DNA of 64,000 nt from an uncultured bacterium (lineage in GTDB: Bacteria > Bacteroidota > Ignavibacteria > Kapaibacteriales > UBA4661). The notes beneath the pieces are model-generated. The model was given only the letters and a program-made list of their open reading frames with translations. It was not told the origin of the DNA and did no database searches. The stretch covers positions 9,213 to 73,212 of the forward strand of contig CALCNX010000089.1 in assembly GCA_937899715.1 (NCBI GenBank). Direction: 5' to 3'. Each line of letters begins with the position of its first letter. Positions within the stretch are counted from its first letter, which is position 1. Below, piece by piece: positions 27,011 through 37,510 of the stretch. The position numbers and the translations under genes are program-made.

Positions 27011-28084
27011 ATGGAACCGCGTTCTGCCCTGACAATTTACCGAAAAATGATGAAAATAGGAACTGTTGAAGTCGAGCAAGGCGTACTGCTTGCGCCAATG
27101 GAAGATGTGAGCGATTTACCGTTTCGCGTGCTCTGTCGTGCGTTGGGGGCGGATATTATGTACACCGAATTTATCTCCTCCGAAGGTTTGGTCAGGGATG
27201 CAGGTCGTTCTGTTAAAAAACTCACCCTTCACCAGGACGAACACCCCGTTGCTATTCAGATTTTTGGTGGAAATTTGGACGTGATGAAAGAAGCGGCGCT
27301 CATTGCAGAGGCATCGGGACCCGATTTTATTGACATCAACTGCGGTTGCTGGGTGAAAAATGTGGTTGTGCGTAGCGCAGGGGCAGCATTGCTCAAAGAA
27401 CCCGATACAATGGTCACCATGGCAAAAACCCTTGTGGAGACTGTTGAACTGCCAGTAACGGTCAAAACACGGCTTGGATGGGACAAAAACTCTATTATCA
27501 TTGTTGATTTGGCAAAGCGATTGGAGCAAGAAGCAGGAATTGCAGCGCTCGCAATTCACTGCCGCACACGTGATATGGGGCATGAAGGCGCAGCCGATTG
27601 GACATGGGTAGAGAAAGTGAAAAATGCCGTGAACATCCCCATTATCCTGAATGGTGACGTGAACACGCCTGAAGATTGCCAACGTGCCTTTAGTACGACG
27701 GGCTGTGATGCGGTAATGATTGGCAGGGCAGCCATTACCAATCCATTTATTTTTCGTCAAGCAAAAACCTATCTTCGTACTGGCGAACTTGAGGCTCCGC
27801 CTAGTCTGCAAGAGCGTATTGAACTCTGCTTGCAGCACTTACGTCATTCGGTGGCGTTCAAAGGCGAGGGACTGGCAGTACGGGAATTTAGAAAGTTTTA
27901 TAGCGGCTATTTGAAGGGTCTGTACGATGCTTCATCTGTCCGCCGCGATATCATGCGTTACGATAGTTTTGCACAGGTAGAAGAGCGACTTTGGCTCTAT
28001 CATGCGCAGCTTTCGGAACGCCAAAACGCTGAAGAATCTTCAGCAGAATTCACAGAATACGCAGAACACGCAATGGCGATGTAA
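27011..28084 (+). CDS. dus: tRNA-dihydrouridine synthase (DusB-like).
   Basis: TIM-barrel Dus motifs LAPMEDVSDLPFR, IDINCGCW, and catalytic region …HCRTR…; ~350 aa. An alternative start MMKIG is at 27047. Confidence 0.85.
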   Translation: MEPRSALTIYRKMMKIGTVEVEQGVLLAPMEDVSDLPFRVLCRALGADIMYTEFISSEGLVRDAGRSVKKLTLHQDEHPVAIQIFGGNLDVMKEAALIAEASGPDFIDINCGCWVKNVVVRSAGAALLKEPDTMVTMAKTLVETVELPVTVKTRLGWDKNSIIIVDLAKRLEQEAGIAALAIHCRTRDMGHEGAADWTWVEKVKNAVNIPIILNGDVNTPEDCQRAFSTTGCDAVMIGRAAITNPFIFRQAKTYLRTGELEAPPSLQERIELCLQHLRHSVAFKGEGLAVREFRKFYSGYLKGLYDASSVRRDIMRYDSFAQVEERLWLYHAQLSERQNAEESSAEFTEYAEHAMAM

Positions 28085-28221
28085 GGTAGGCACAGAGCCA
28101 GCAATGGTGCGCTCAGCCGCGCCGCGGAACATACTCCTCCGCGCTAAGGATTGCTTTTACCCAAACAGTGTGCTTCATCTGATGCTTCCATACACTTCTC
28201 GCCGCACAACATCTATAACGA

Positions 28222-30741
28222 ATGGCACGACGACCCCCACGCCCCCAGCAATCAAGCTCTTCGGGGCGCTCCCGTTTTGACGACGCACCGTACCCCGGCA
28301 GTCATGGCACCCCAAACGAGCGTACTCCACCACGCGGTAATCCGCCACGCAGCACTGCACCACGCCCTAATGCAAGGCGCAGTAACCAAGTGCGTAACGA
28401 TGCACCCTCTGGCAATACTTCGCGCAGTAATGCTTCGCACAGCTCTCCATCACGGGATGAATTTCCACGCGACAATTTTTCACGAGATAACTTTCGACAA
28501 GGCTTCCGTCCCGACTCGCCACGTGGCGGGCGCACCTCTCGTGTCAGTTCGTCGTCTCGTACTCCACGAACCACACCGCCTAGAGAGCGCACGGTATCTC
28601 AGTTAGAGAATCGCCCTGAGCCACAGGTAGAAAGCCGTATTATCCCCGTCAACCCCTTTACTCCTCAGCTTCCCGCATCATTTGCGACGCTGGAGAATGA
28701 ACATCTTTATCTTGATTCCACCTCCGAGGCATTGCTAAACGATACGTTGTATAGCGTTCGGGTGGAACAAGCTCTCATGCGATATGTGGCAGAACGCCAG
28801 ACACAGACTGTTCCGCAGCCAATTCGTATCCCTGAAGACGGAGAAGAGAAAACGGCAAATAGTGCGGAACTTGCTCCCAAGCAAGCACTCACGCCAGCCC
28901 GTACCCGCCACGCTCGTAGTATCGGCGGTGAGACAGGTGACGAAGGCACTTCTGTACCAAAACCTGCTCGCAGAGTGCAATTACCCGATGAACCCGACCA
29001 TGTCAAAAGTCCTTTCGGCGACGTTATTGAGACTATTCAAGAAGTTCTCATCGCCCGCAATAGTGGGCGCTATGTGCCGACACCCAAGTCATCGGAGAAG
29101 CCGCGCCCGCCCGGTGTTGATTTACATCCGGCTATCGGTTTCAAAATGTATGCGCCCAATCCGCACAAACCCGCCGGTACACAGGCACGTCGCGGTATGC
29201 AACGCTATCCGAATCGCCAAGAACGAGTCTATCCGGCAGCCGTGCCCATTGATGCTGTCTTTGAAACAATGCCTACGGCTCTGAACGCCTTCCATGACCG
29301 CCTGCAGAGTGTCTTGCGCTACGAAGCCGAAATGCCCGCAAGTTCAGAAGTGGTCGTCGCCGTAAGCGGTGGCGTGGATTCGGTCGTTCTTTTGGATATG
29401 CTGATGTGCCTTGCTCGAAATAATGCCCTCACGAGTGGGAAGCGACAACTGCAAGTAGCCGTTGTACATTTCAACCATCGTTTGCGCGGCATAGAATCAG
29501 ACAATGACGCCAATTTTGTCCGTGAGACGTGTAAGCGGTACGACATTCCTTGCTACATCGCTTGGGCAGATGTAGAGCGCTTTGCAGAGATTCAAAGCAT
29601 GACTATTGAGCAAGCAGGGCGCGAATTGCGCTATAAATTTTTGGAATTTGTCGCCTACAAACGCCGTGCTGATGCCGTCCTGACGGCGCACACACTGAAT
29701 GATTCAGTCGAGACCGTGCTGATGAATATGTTACGCGGTTCAGGACTAACGGGGCTTTCCGGCATTCCTGCGCAACGAGTTTTTGGCGAACATACCAAAC
29801 TGCTACGTCCGCTCTTGAGTATGAAAAAAGCCGAGATTCAGGAGTATGCAGCCCTTCGCGGTTTGTCATGGCGCGAGGATTCGTCCAATTCGCAATCGGT
29901 CTTTCGTCGTAATAAAATCCGAAATGAATTGCTGCCATTGCTGGAACGTGAGTATTCATCGGGTATTGTTGATGTGCTGCACCGTACATCGCAGATTATT
30001 TCGGGCGCGGAGGATATTGTGCGTGATGCGGTGGAACGCGCTTTACCAACCGCTTTAGTGGAAGATGAATTTCAGCCGTACATTGGTCTGACGGTAACGG
30101 CGTTACGTGTGCAGAAGCGCTTTTTACAGACAGAAATGGTTCGCCGCGTGGTACAACGCCGTTTTGGTCTCGCTCTTGGCTTTGATGCCGTTGATAGAGT
30201 TCTGTCTCTCATGGATGCCGAAGTGGGTGCAAAGGTAGATGTCATGCGGGGTTTCATTGCTCTCCGCGACCGAGCGGCAATTTTACTTTCGCCCGCCCCC
30301 GGAGTGCATAATATCAACGTCCGCGTGGAGAAGAACAATCGCTATGATTTTGGCGGCTGGCAGATTATTCTTGAGGAAGTTGACCGAAAAAATGTCAAAT
30401 TCACCGCCGACCCTGCGGTCGAATTTCTTGATACCCGCGCACTGCCCTATCGCATGACGCTCCGCACGTGGCAGCCCGGAGATGTATTTACGCCGCTTGG
30501 AATGAAGGGGACAATGAAAGTAAGTGACTACCTTACCAATTCTAAAATTTCCTTTTTCAACCGCCAAAATATTTTGGTGCTCACCGCCGCTATGCCCGAA
30601 GGCGAGCAGGTAATATGGCTCTGCGGCTTGCGTTTGAGCGACCAATTTCGCCTTCCTCCCGATGCCCATAAAGCGCTCCGTCTGGAGTTTCGCCGCCCTA
30701 AAGGAATTGTTCTACCTGCTCCACCACAAGAAAAAATATGA
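28222..30741 (+). CDS. tilS: tRNA(Ile)-lysidine synthetase TilS with a ~370-aa Arg/Ser/Pro-rich N-terminal extension.
   Basis: PP-loop VVVAVSGGVDSVVLLDML lies at about residue 380 of the ORF. A C-terminal TilS substrate-binding region follows. The upstream 370 codons are continuous, low-complexity, and rich in R/S/P/N. Confidence 0.75.
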   Translation: MARRPPRPQQSSSSGRSRFDDAPYPGSHGTPNERTPPRGNPPRSTAPRPNARRSNQVRNDAPSGNTSRSNASHSSPSRDEFPRDNFSRDNFRQGFRPDSPRGGRTSRVSSSSRTPRTTPPRERTVSQLENRPEPQVESRIIPVNPFTPQLPASFATLENEHLYLDSTSEALLNDTLYSVRVEQALMRYVAERQTQTVPQPIRIPEDGEEKTANSAELAPKQALTPARTRHARSIGGETGDEGTSVPKPARRVQLPDEPDHVKSPFGDVIETIQEVLIARNSGRYVPTPKSSEKPRPPGVDLHPAIGFKMYAPNPHKPAGTQARRGMQRYPNRQERVYPAAVPIDAVFETMPTALNAFHDRLQSVLRYEAEMPASSEVVVAVSGGVDSVVLLDMLMCLARNNALTSGKRQLQVAVVHFNHRLRGIESDNDANFVRETCKRYDIPCYIAWADVERFAEIQSMTIEQAGRELRYKFLEFVAYKRRADAVLTAHTLNDSVETVLMNMLRGSGLTGLSGIPAQRVFGEHTKLLRPLLSMKKAEIQEYAALRGLSWREDSSNSQSVFRRNKIRNELLPLLEREYSSGIVDVLHRTSQIISGAEDIVRDAVERALPTALVEDEFQPYIGLTVTALRVQKRFLQTEMVRRVVQRRFGLALGFDAVDRVLSLMDAEVGAKVDVMRGFIALRDRAAILLSPAPGVHNINVRVEKNNRYDFGGWQIILEEVDRKNVKFTADPAVEFLDTRALPYRMTLRTWQPGDVFTPLGMKGTMKVSDYLTNSKISFFNRQNILVLTAAMPEGEQVIWLCGLRLSDQFRLPPDAHKALRLEFRRPKGIVLPAPPQEKI

Positions 30742-30823
30742 CGTGGCGAGCACATAGCAGCAAGACAACACACTAATTTTGCTAAACAAGCGTTTACACG
30801 AACAGTACACAATCACATTCTTT

Positions 30824-31387
30824 ATGACGATGATGAGCAACAACGATATTCTGGAACTCCACGATAAGCATTTCAAAAAACTTATTAGCCGCGAGCAAAT
30901 CCACGATGCAGTCAAGCGTCTCGGCGCTCAGATTACGGCGGATTACAATGCAAGCGAGGTAGTATTCGTCGTAGTACTAAAAGGCAGTATTCTTTTTGCA
31001 ACCGACCTCATTCGTGAAGTCCATCTACCGTGCAAACTTGAATTCATACGCGCCGAAAGCTACGGTACGGGTATGCACTCGTCAGGCAAAGTGAACGTAA
31101 CGCATTATACAGGCATGGATTTGGCAGGCAAGCACGTCATTGTTCTCGAAGACATTGTTGACACAGGCTTGACGGTCAAGCAAATTCTTGCGCATCTCGA
31201 AGAAATGAACCCCGCATCGCTCAAAATTGCAACGCTTTTCTTGAAGCCTGAAGTATGCAAAGGTACGGTCGCAACACATTATGTAGGGTTTGAAATTTCG
31301 CCGCTCTTCATTGTCGGCTATGGGCTAGATTACAACGAACTCGGGCGCAACCTCGCTGATGTCTATATCCTACACGAAACTCCGTAA
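30824..31387 (+). CDS. hpt: Hypoxanthine-guanine phosphoribosyltransferase.
   Basis: PRPP-binding motif VIVLEDIVDTGLT; conserved tilS-hpt-ftsH synteny. ATG at 30824; the track start is TTG. Confidence 0.85.
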   Translation: MTMMSNNDILELHDKHFKKLISREQIHDAVKRLGAQITADYNASEVVFVVVLKGSILFATDLIREVHLPCKLEFIRAESYGTGMHSSGKVNVTHYTGMDLAGKHVIVLEDIVDTGLTVKQILAHLEEMNPASLKIATLFLKPEVCKGTVATHYVGFEISPLFIVGYGLDYNELGRNLADVYILHETP

Positions 31388-31491
31388 GGTTATCTCTCAT
31401 AAGGCATCATCAAACGTTTTTCGCTCTACTGTCGTCGTAGTGTACAAGGAACAGTAAGAGCCGTGCGATTTCGTACAAAAACAAAAATTCA

Positions 31492-31522
31492 GGAATGTGT
31501 GAATCTCTCATTTGCACATTCC
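31492..31522 (+). promoter_or_regulatory. Stem-loop in the ftsH 5' leader / hpt-ftsH intergenic region.
   Basis: GGAATGTG-N15-CACATTCC 8-bp stem, about 120 nt upstream of the ftsH ATG. A second CTTGTAAGC…GCTTACAG hairpin lies at about 31593-31622. Confidence 0.3.
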
Positions 31523-31640
31523 GCCGCCAAGTGGCAACCGCAAGGCAACATAAACAAAGTAAAATAACAACTTTTCGTCTTTCACTCATCGCTTGTAAGC
31601 ACTATTTTCTAACGCTTACAGCGCTCCAAAGGAGAACAGA

Positions 31641-33767
31641 ATGGCAGCTGATGAACGCAAAAACACGAACAACAGCGAGCCGAAAAAGCCGAATCGCCCG
31701 CAGAACCGTGATAACAAAAATAATCTCAAGGGTTTGCGCAATAATAACAATGACGAATCCCCAGCAGGCAAAGTCATGAAAACGGCGATGATATGGCTCT
31801 TCATTTTCGGCTTTGTTGTCGTAATGTATATGCTCGTCAGTAGCGGACAGCAATCGGAAGTGTCCGTTACCTATACCGAGTACAAACAATTCCTCGAAGC
31901 AGGGAAAATTGAATCGGCAACAATTTCTAAATCGCAGCTCAACGACTTCGTTTTTCACGGCGTTCTGCGTGAAAAAGTAAGCATCCTGAAACCTAATGGC
32001 ACGGGACAAGTCGAGGTACAGCGCTTTTTCACACGCTTGGGCGTACTGGATTCTGAAACCGAAAAGGCTTGGGCAGATAAAGGCATCGTTTGGCGCTACG
32101 AAGAAGGCGACAGTCCTTGGCTTAGTATGGTCATTTCCTTCTTGCCGTGGCTTATCTTGATTGGTGTTTATTTCTTCGTTATGCGCCGTATGCAGGGCGG
32201 AAGCGGCGGACCGGGCGGTACACGCGGCATTTTCTCCTTCGGCAAAGCACGTGCGCGACTGATGAATGAGAATGCCAAGACCGTGACCTTTGAAGATGTC
32301 GCTGGTGCGGACGAAGCAAAATATGAACTTGAAGAGATTATCGAATTCCTCCGCGACCCCAATAAATTCCAACGCTTGGGCGGTAAAATTCCACATGGCG
32401 TTCTGATGCTTGGACCTCCAGGGACGGGTAAAACCTTGCTTGCTCGTGCTATTGCGGGTGAAGCAGATGTGCCGTTCTTCTCTATTTCCGGCGCAGACTT
32501 CGTGGAAATGTTCGTGGGCGTAGGTGCAAGCCGCGTACGTGACCTTTTTGAGCAAGCAAAACGCAGCGCTCCGTGTATTATTTTCATTGATGAGATTGAT
32601 GCCGTTGGTCGCCATAGAGGCGCAGGATTAGGCGGCGGACACGATGAGCGCGAACAAACGCTGAACCAACTTCTTGTCGAAATGGACGGCTTTGAGCAAA
32701 ATATGGGCATCATCGTTGTTGCAGCCACAAACCGTCCCGACGTTCTTGACCCAGCACTTTTGCGCCCCGGACGCTTCGACCGCCAAGTGGTTGTTGACCG
32801 CCCTGATGTACGCGGACGCGAAGGTATTTTGAAAGTTCATGCTCGCCACATTCCACTTTCGCCGGATGTCAATTTGGAAATTGTCGCACGTGGTACGCCG
32901 GGACTTTCCGGCGCAGACCTTGCGAATTTGATGAACGAAGCTGCTCTTTTCGCTGCTCGCAAGAATAAAGATTTTGTAACGATGGACGACATCGAAAGTG
33001 CAAAAGATAAAATTCTGATGGGTGTTGAGCGGAAAAGCATGGTTATTTCCGAAAAAGAAAAAGAAGTCACCGCATATCATGAGATGGGACACGCACTGGC
33101 AGGAAAACTTCTTCCGTACAGCGACCCTGTCCACAAGGTAACAATTATTCCGCGTGGTCGTGCACTCGGCGTTACCTCGTATGTTCCCAATGAAGACGCA
33201 CACACATACTCGAAAGATTACCTCGAGACACGGCTTATTACCTTGCTCGCCGGACGCGCTGCCGAGACCATCGTTTTCAATCAGCTGACAACCGGTGCAG
33301 GCAACGACATTGAACGGGCAACAATGCTTGCTCGCAAGATGGTCTGCGAATGGGGAATGAGCGAGAAACTGGGACCGCTTAATTTTGCCAGCAAAGACGA
33401 AGAAGTGTTCCTCGCCCGTGAAATGGCGCATCCACGCCAGCACAGCGATGAAACAGCACGTATCATTGACGACGAAATCCGCCGTATTGTCACCACATCC
33501 ATGCACCAAGCAGAGGTACTCTTGCGCGAGAATATCGAAATGCTCCACAAGACTTCCAAAGTCCTACTTGAGCGTGAGATTCTTGATGCCGAAGAATTGG
33601 ACATGATTATGCGTGGCGAGGAATTACCACCTTCCACACGAGAAAAGCGGGTACCATATGGCACAGCAAAAAATGGTGCTAACGGTGTTGCTCCCAGCGA
33701 TGATGCCGCAACCGATACGGCACAGGATGTTTCTGTGAAACCTGAAATCACACCGCCAACAGTGTAG
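31641..33767 (+). CDS. ftsH: ATP-dependent zinc metalloprotease FtsH.
   Basis: Walker A GPPGTGKT, Walker [13 protein letters not shown] region, zinc site HEMGHAL. Good Shine-Dalgarno site (AAGGAGAAcagaATG). Confidence 0.95.
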   Translation: MAADERKNTNNSEPKKPNRPQNRDNKNNLKGLRNNNNDESPAGKVMKTAMIWLFIFGFVVVMYMLVSSGQQSEVSVTYTEYKQFLEAGKIESATISKSQLNDFVFHGVLREKVSILKPNGTGQVEVQRFFTRLGVLDSETEKAWADKGIVWRYEEGDSPWLSMVISFLPWLILIGVYFFVMRRMQGGSGGPGGTRGIFSFGKARARLMNENAKTVTFEDVAGADEAKYELEEIIEFLRDPNKFQRLGGKIPHGVLMLGPPGTGKTLLARAIAGEADVPFFSISGADFVEMFVGVGASRVRDLFEQAKRSAPCIIFIDEIDAVGRHRGAGLGGGHDEREQTLNQLLVEMDGFEQNMGIIVVAATNRPDVLDPALLRPGRFDRQVVVDRPDVRGREGILKVHARHIPLSPDVNLEIVARGTPGLSGADLANLMNEAALFAARKNKDFVTMDDIESAKDKILMGVERKSMVISEKEKEVTAYHEMGHALAGKLLPYSDPVHKVTIIPRGRALGVTSYVPNEDAHTYSKDYLETRLITLLAGRAAETIVFNQLTTGAGNDIERATMLARKMVCEWGMSEKLGPLNFASKDEEVFLAREMAHPRQHSDETARIIDDEIRRIVTTSMHQAEVLLRENIEMLHKTSKVLLEREILDAEELDMIMRGEELPPSTREKRVPYGTAKNGANGVAPSDDAATDTAQDVSVKPEITPPTV

Positions 33768-33791
33768 GCTAGGCTTCAACAAGAATGTTTT

Positions 33792-33836
33792 GCAAGGCAA
33801 TTGCTCGAAAAGAGTAGTTGCCTTGCTTGTTTTTAG
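33792..33836 (+). terminator. Intrinsic terminator downstream of ftsH.
   Basis: GCAAGGCAA…TTGCCTTGC 9-bp perfect stem followed by TTGTTTTT. A second AGTTGATAT-N13-ATATCAACT hairpin with a T-tract follows at 33851-33890. Confidence 0.6.
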
Positions 33837-33986
33837 GGTGCGCCAAAAGTAGTTGATATGTTTTTTGTTGATATATCAACTTTTTCTTTTGCAAAGGATA
33901 TATTCTTTGCTAACTTCGTAGCACCCTGATTCTATCACGAGTCTGTTATTATTACTCATTCTGTTTCACCTCATTTTCCCCGCGTT

Positions 33987-34763
33987 ATGCAATACGATAA
34001 CATCATTCTTTCCAATCCCGCCGACGGTGTTGGTGCTGTACAACTCAATCGCCCGAAAGTTCTGAACGCGCTGAATACCAAAACAATGTCGGAAATTCTT
34101 CACGCAATGAAAGAATACGATGCCGACCCAAACATTCGCTGTATGGTTCTACACGGCGATGAGCGTGCCTTTGCCGCAGGCGCGGACATACGCGAGATGA
34201 GCGACGCGACGGCAGTTCAGATGATGGTACGCAATCCATTTTCTGCATGGGAAGATATGCGCGGCATCAAGAAGCCGATTATTGCGGCAGTAAGCGGTTT
34301 TGCGCTTGGCGGTGGCTGTGAATTGGCAATGCTTTGCGATATGATTGTTGCTTCGGAAACGGCACAATTTGGTCAACCTGAAATTAAACTTGGACTCATT
34401 CCCGGAGCCGGCGGTACGCAGCGTATGACCAAAGCGATTGGCAAGGCGCGTACAATGGACATTGTGTTGACCGGACGTAATTTCACAGCACAAGAGGCAT
34501 TCGCAATGGGCTTGGTTTCTCGTATCGTTCCGGCTGCCGAGTGGCTAGAGGCGGCTATCAACATGGCAAAAGAAATCGCTTCCATGCCCGCGATTGCTGT
34601 CCGCGAGGGCAAAGAAGCGGTCTTGAAATCGTTTGACCTCAGTATCGAAATGGGCTTGGAATTCGAGCGCAAAAACTTCTACCTTCTTCTCACCACCGAC
34701 GACGCTCGCGAAGGAATGAAAGCATTTATGGAAAAGCGTATGCCCGTTTGGAAAGGGCAGTAA
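33987..34763 (+). CDS. Enoyl-CoA hydratase/isomerase (crotonase family).
   Basis: Crotonase motifs AAVSGFALGGGCELAMLCD and the oxyanion region. 258 aa. Confidence 0.8.
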   Translation: MQYDNIILSNPADGVGAVQLNRPKVLNALNTKTMSEILHAMKEYDADPNIRCMVLHGDERAFAAGADIREMSDATAVQMMVRNPFSAWEDMRGIKKPIIAAVSGFALGGGCELAMLCDMIVASETAQFGQPEIKLGLIPGAGGTQRMTKAIGKARTMDIVLTGRNFTAQEAFAMGLVSRIVPAAEWLEAAINMAKEIASMPAIAVREGKEAVLKSFDLSIEMGLEFERKNFYLLLTTDDAREGMKAFMEKRMPVWKGQ

Positions 34764-34786
34764 TTTCCGATAACGCCCATAAAAAA

Positions 34787-34834
34787 ATGCCCGCAAAAAA
34801 CGTACAAGAAGTGATGCTTTTTGCGGGCATTTTT
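34787..34834. terminator. Bidirectional terminator between the convergent enoyl-CoA hydratase and rsmE genes.
   Basis: ATGCCCGCAAAAA-N18-TTTTTGCGGGCAT: a 13-bp perfect stem with an A-tract upstream and a T-tract downstream. Confidence 0.65.
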
Positions 34835-34849
34835 ATGATAGAATACTTG

Positions 34850-35545
34850 CTACTCGTGAAATAGTGTTAGCGCTGTCAGCCCCGACAATGCAGCTGTTTC
34901 AGCACGAAGGCGCGTAGGCGCGAGTGTCCACAAAACGGAACGTGTATCATTCCGCAATAGTATTTGTTCTTCTTCCGAAAAGCCGCCTTCCGGTCCGACG
35001 CATAAACACACACTTGTGGCATGATACCGCGATGGCTTCTGCCCTTCAGTGTCAGCCAGGATAATGCGCGTTTCTGCGGGAAGCATGGTGAGAAGCGACT
35101 GAGGAGTCATAGGTTCATGAAGTTGTATTAATCGTGCCCGATGCGCTTGCTTCATAGCAGCAAGGGACTTTGCAAAGAGACGCTCAGGTTTGGTGCGGTC
35201 TCGTTCACTGTGTTTGGTGAGAAGCGGCACAAAATCGCTTGCACCGAGCTCAATCGCTTTTTCAAGCGCAAATTCCATCCGCTCCCGGTTATCTAAAATT
35301 CCCAGCGCCATAACTATGCGGTATGGCAACTCCCCGTACTCAGGTATTATCCGCACAAGACGGCACAGTACATCGTGTTTACTTATTTCCGCCACAATAG
35401 CCTCAGCGCAATAGCCGCGACCATTAGAGAGCATAATCCGTTCACCTGCTCGGAGGCGCAGCGCACGGGTGTGCTGTGCCTCGTCACCTGTTAGTACTAT
35501 GTTTGTACTGCTTGGCTCTATATCAGGTGCGTAAAGACATTCCAT
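34850..35545 (-). CDS. rsmE: 16S rRNA (uracil1498-N3)-methyltransferase RsmE.
   Basis: N-terminal PUA-like motif …HTRALRLRAGE…, and a C-terminal SPOUT knot motif LCVGPEGGFSEEE. Confidence 0.8.
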   Translation of the reverse strand: MECLYAPDIEPSSTNIVLTGDEAQHTRALRLRAGERIMLSNGRGYCAEAIVAEISKHDVLCRLVRIIPEYGELPYRIVMALGILDNRERMEFALEKAIELGASDFVPLLTKHSERDRTKPERLFAKSLAAMKQAHRARLIQLHEPMTPQSLLTMLPAETRIILADTEGQKPSRYHATSVCLCVGPEGGFSEEEQILLRNDTRSVLWTLAPTRLRAETAALSGLTALTLFHE

Positions 35546-35658
35546 TGTGTGCCGCGTGAGAATTTGTAGATTGCAAGATGGGGATTGCGGTCTAATATAA
35601 GCTCGTACAAGCCGTAATTTTTTGCCGAACCCTTCAATCAGATTTTTTTCTTGTCCTT

Positions 35659-36183
35659 ATGAAAACGTACATCGCGCATCATCAGTCGCCTTTGGGCTTA
35701 GTAGAGATACGAATTCAAGGCGCTGACATGGAAACATCACCCACAATTGGTCTTACCCATCTGACCATTCTGGACGATACTCCCACTCTTACACCTTCCA
35801 TCTCCTCCAAAGACGTGCAAATTAGCGCTCTTATCGAACAAACTCGTTGCGAATTGGACGAGTATTTTGCAGGCAAACGGCATGAATTTACGTTACCACT
35901 CACGCCGCAAGGAACAGCATTTGAACAGCGCGTCTGGTCGGCATTGCAAACGATTCCATTTGGAACAACACGGTCGTATTCTCAGCAGACGGAACTACTT
36001 GGCGACATGAAAGCCCTACGTGCTGTAGCGGCGGCAAACGGGCGTAATCCTTTGTGGCTTGTAGTTCCCTGCCACCGCGTTATTGGCAAAAACGGTGATT
36101 TGACAGGCTACGCTGGAGGTCTCTGGCGCAAAGAATGGTTACTGAGACACGAAGGTGCATTGCCTCAAGCACGCCTTTTCTAA
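35659..36183 (+). CDS. ogt: Methylated-DNA-protein-cysteine methyltransferase.
   Basis: Active-site PCHRVIG motif and DNA-binding helix region. Confidence 0.85.
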   Translation: MKTYIAHHQSPLGLVEIRIQGADMETSPTIGLTHLTILDDTPTLTPSISSKDVQISALIEQTRCELDEYFAGKRHEFTLPLTPQGTAFEQRVWSALQTIPFGTTRSYSQQTELLGDMKALRAVAAANGRNPLWLVVPCHRVIGKNGDLTGYAGGLWRKEWLLRHEGALPQARLF

Positions 36184-36192
36184 GGAGTGTAC

Positions 36193-37401
36193 TCACATTT
36201 CCACCGTATAGCCATACTGCTTCAAGATTGTTCGTGCAAGAACGGTTTTATGCACTTCATCGGGTCCGTCGTAAATACGAGCTGCGCGTTCGTGTCTGTA
36301 CCAGTAGGAAAGTATCGTGTCGTCCGTGATACCAAGCGCTCCGTGCGCCTGAATAGCACGGTCAAGCACGTGTTGGAGTACATTCGCCACAAAAAATTTA
36401 ATCGTGGAAATAGATTCTTTCATTGCCTGAGCGCCGTGTTTGTCTATTCCATCTGCGGTATGCAGCACCATATACCGCGCCGCATCTATCTCCGCGCGGC
36501 TTTCCGCTATCCATGCTTGTATGATTTGCTTGCTGGCAAGCGGCTTACCGGAAGAAAGTTCGCGCGAGACCGCATAACGGCACATCATGTCCAATGCCCG
36601 TTCACAAATCCCCACAAAGCGCATACAATGGTGTATTCGCCCCGGTCCCAAACGGTGCTGTGCGAGAGAAAAACCTCCGCCTTCTTTACCCAGCAAATTT
36701 GCAGCCGGAACACGGCAATTTTCAAAGCGGACTTCCGCATGACTAGCGTAACTATCGCCTTCTTCACCCATGATTTTGATATTCCGCACGAGCGTAAAGC
36801 CCGGTGTTGAGGTAGGAACAAGAATCATGCTCGCGCGTTTGTGCGGTGCTTCGTCGGGATTTGTCACCGCCATAGTCACAGCAAACGTAGCGCCGTCTGC
36901 CGATGAGGTAAACCATTTGTGTCCGTTTATCACGTACTCATTGCCCTCACGCACTGCTGTGGTTGCCATATTCACGGGATTTGACCCCGCAAATTCTGGT
37001 TCGGTCATTGCGAAGCAGGAGCGAATATCACCGCGCATGAGAGGCTCAAGAAACGTGTGTTTCTGCTCCGGTGTGGCGAACTGATGCAAAAGTTCCATAT
37101 TGCCAATATCCGGTGCTTGGCAGTTAAAAGTATAGTGCCCAAGTGGGCTGCGCCCTAGCTCTTCGCTGACAAGACCAAATTCTGTGAGCGTTAGCCCCAA
37201 GCCACCATCTTCGGGCGGCAAATGCGGTGCCCATAAACCCATTTCCTTTACACGCGAGCGCAAACCTTGTAAAGTCGGCTCAAGTGCACGAAAGGAGCCG
37301 TGGAGATAGGCGGATTCAAGCGGGAACAATTCTTGTGCAACAAATTCTCGCACACGCGGCAGAATAGCTGCAAGGCGCTCGGTAATAAAGATAGTGGTCA
37401 T
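36193..37401 (-). CDS. Acyl-CoA dehydrogenase.
   Basis: ACAD N-terminal, middle and C-terminal domain signatures (…GSNPVNMATTAVREGNEYVINGHKWFTS… …ARYMVL…). ATG at 37401 (MTTIFITERL); the track start at 37512 is upstream. Confidence 0.85.
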   Translation of the reverse strand: MTTIFITERLAAILPRVREFVAQELFPLESAYLHGSFRALEPTLQGLRSRVKEMGLWAPHLPPEDGGLGLTLTEFGLVSEELGRSPLGHYTFNCQAPDIGNMELLHQFATPEQKHTFLEPLMRGDIRSCFAMTEPEFAGSNPVNMATTAVREGNEYVINGHKWFTSSADGATFAVTMAVTNPDEAPHKRASMILVPTSTPGFTLVRNIKIMGEEGDSYASHAEVRFENCRVPAANLLGKEGGGFSLAQHRLGPGRIHHCMRFVGICERALDMMCRYAVSRELSSGKPLASKQIIQAWIAESRAEIDAARYMVLHTADGIDKHGAQAMKESISTIKFFVANVLQHVLDRAIQAHGALGITDDTILSYWYRHERAARIYDGPDEVHKTVLARTILKQYGYTVEM

Positions 37402-37510
37402 GGCTACAAGTCGGAAAGACAGAGAGAAACAAGGGCTTATGATGTGAAATATACGGTATTTTTCCCGTTGTGCAGCACAAAACTTATCGCTAATTTTGCC
37501 CCCAGAAATC

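Noticed and set aside
27116-27838. A 240-aa minus-strand ORF opposite dusB.
   Set aside because: Fully embedded in the confidently identified Dus gene, with a Cys/His-rich nonsense-like translation.
28151-28606. A 151-aa ORF in another frame at the 5' end of tilS, and several minus-strand ORFs (28302..28592, 28707..29006).
   Set aside because: They are by-products of the GC-rich, compositionally biased tilS N-terminal extension and have no independent start context. Kept only as a possible caveat on where tilS really starts.
31602-33751. Long antisense ORFs within ftsH (31602..32615, 32168..32728, 32628..33548, 33281..33751).
   Set aside because: FtsH is unambiguous on the plus strand. These are shadow ORFs.
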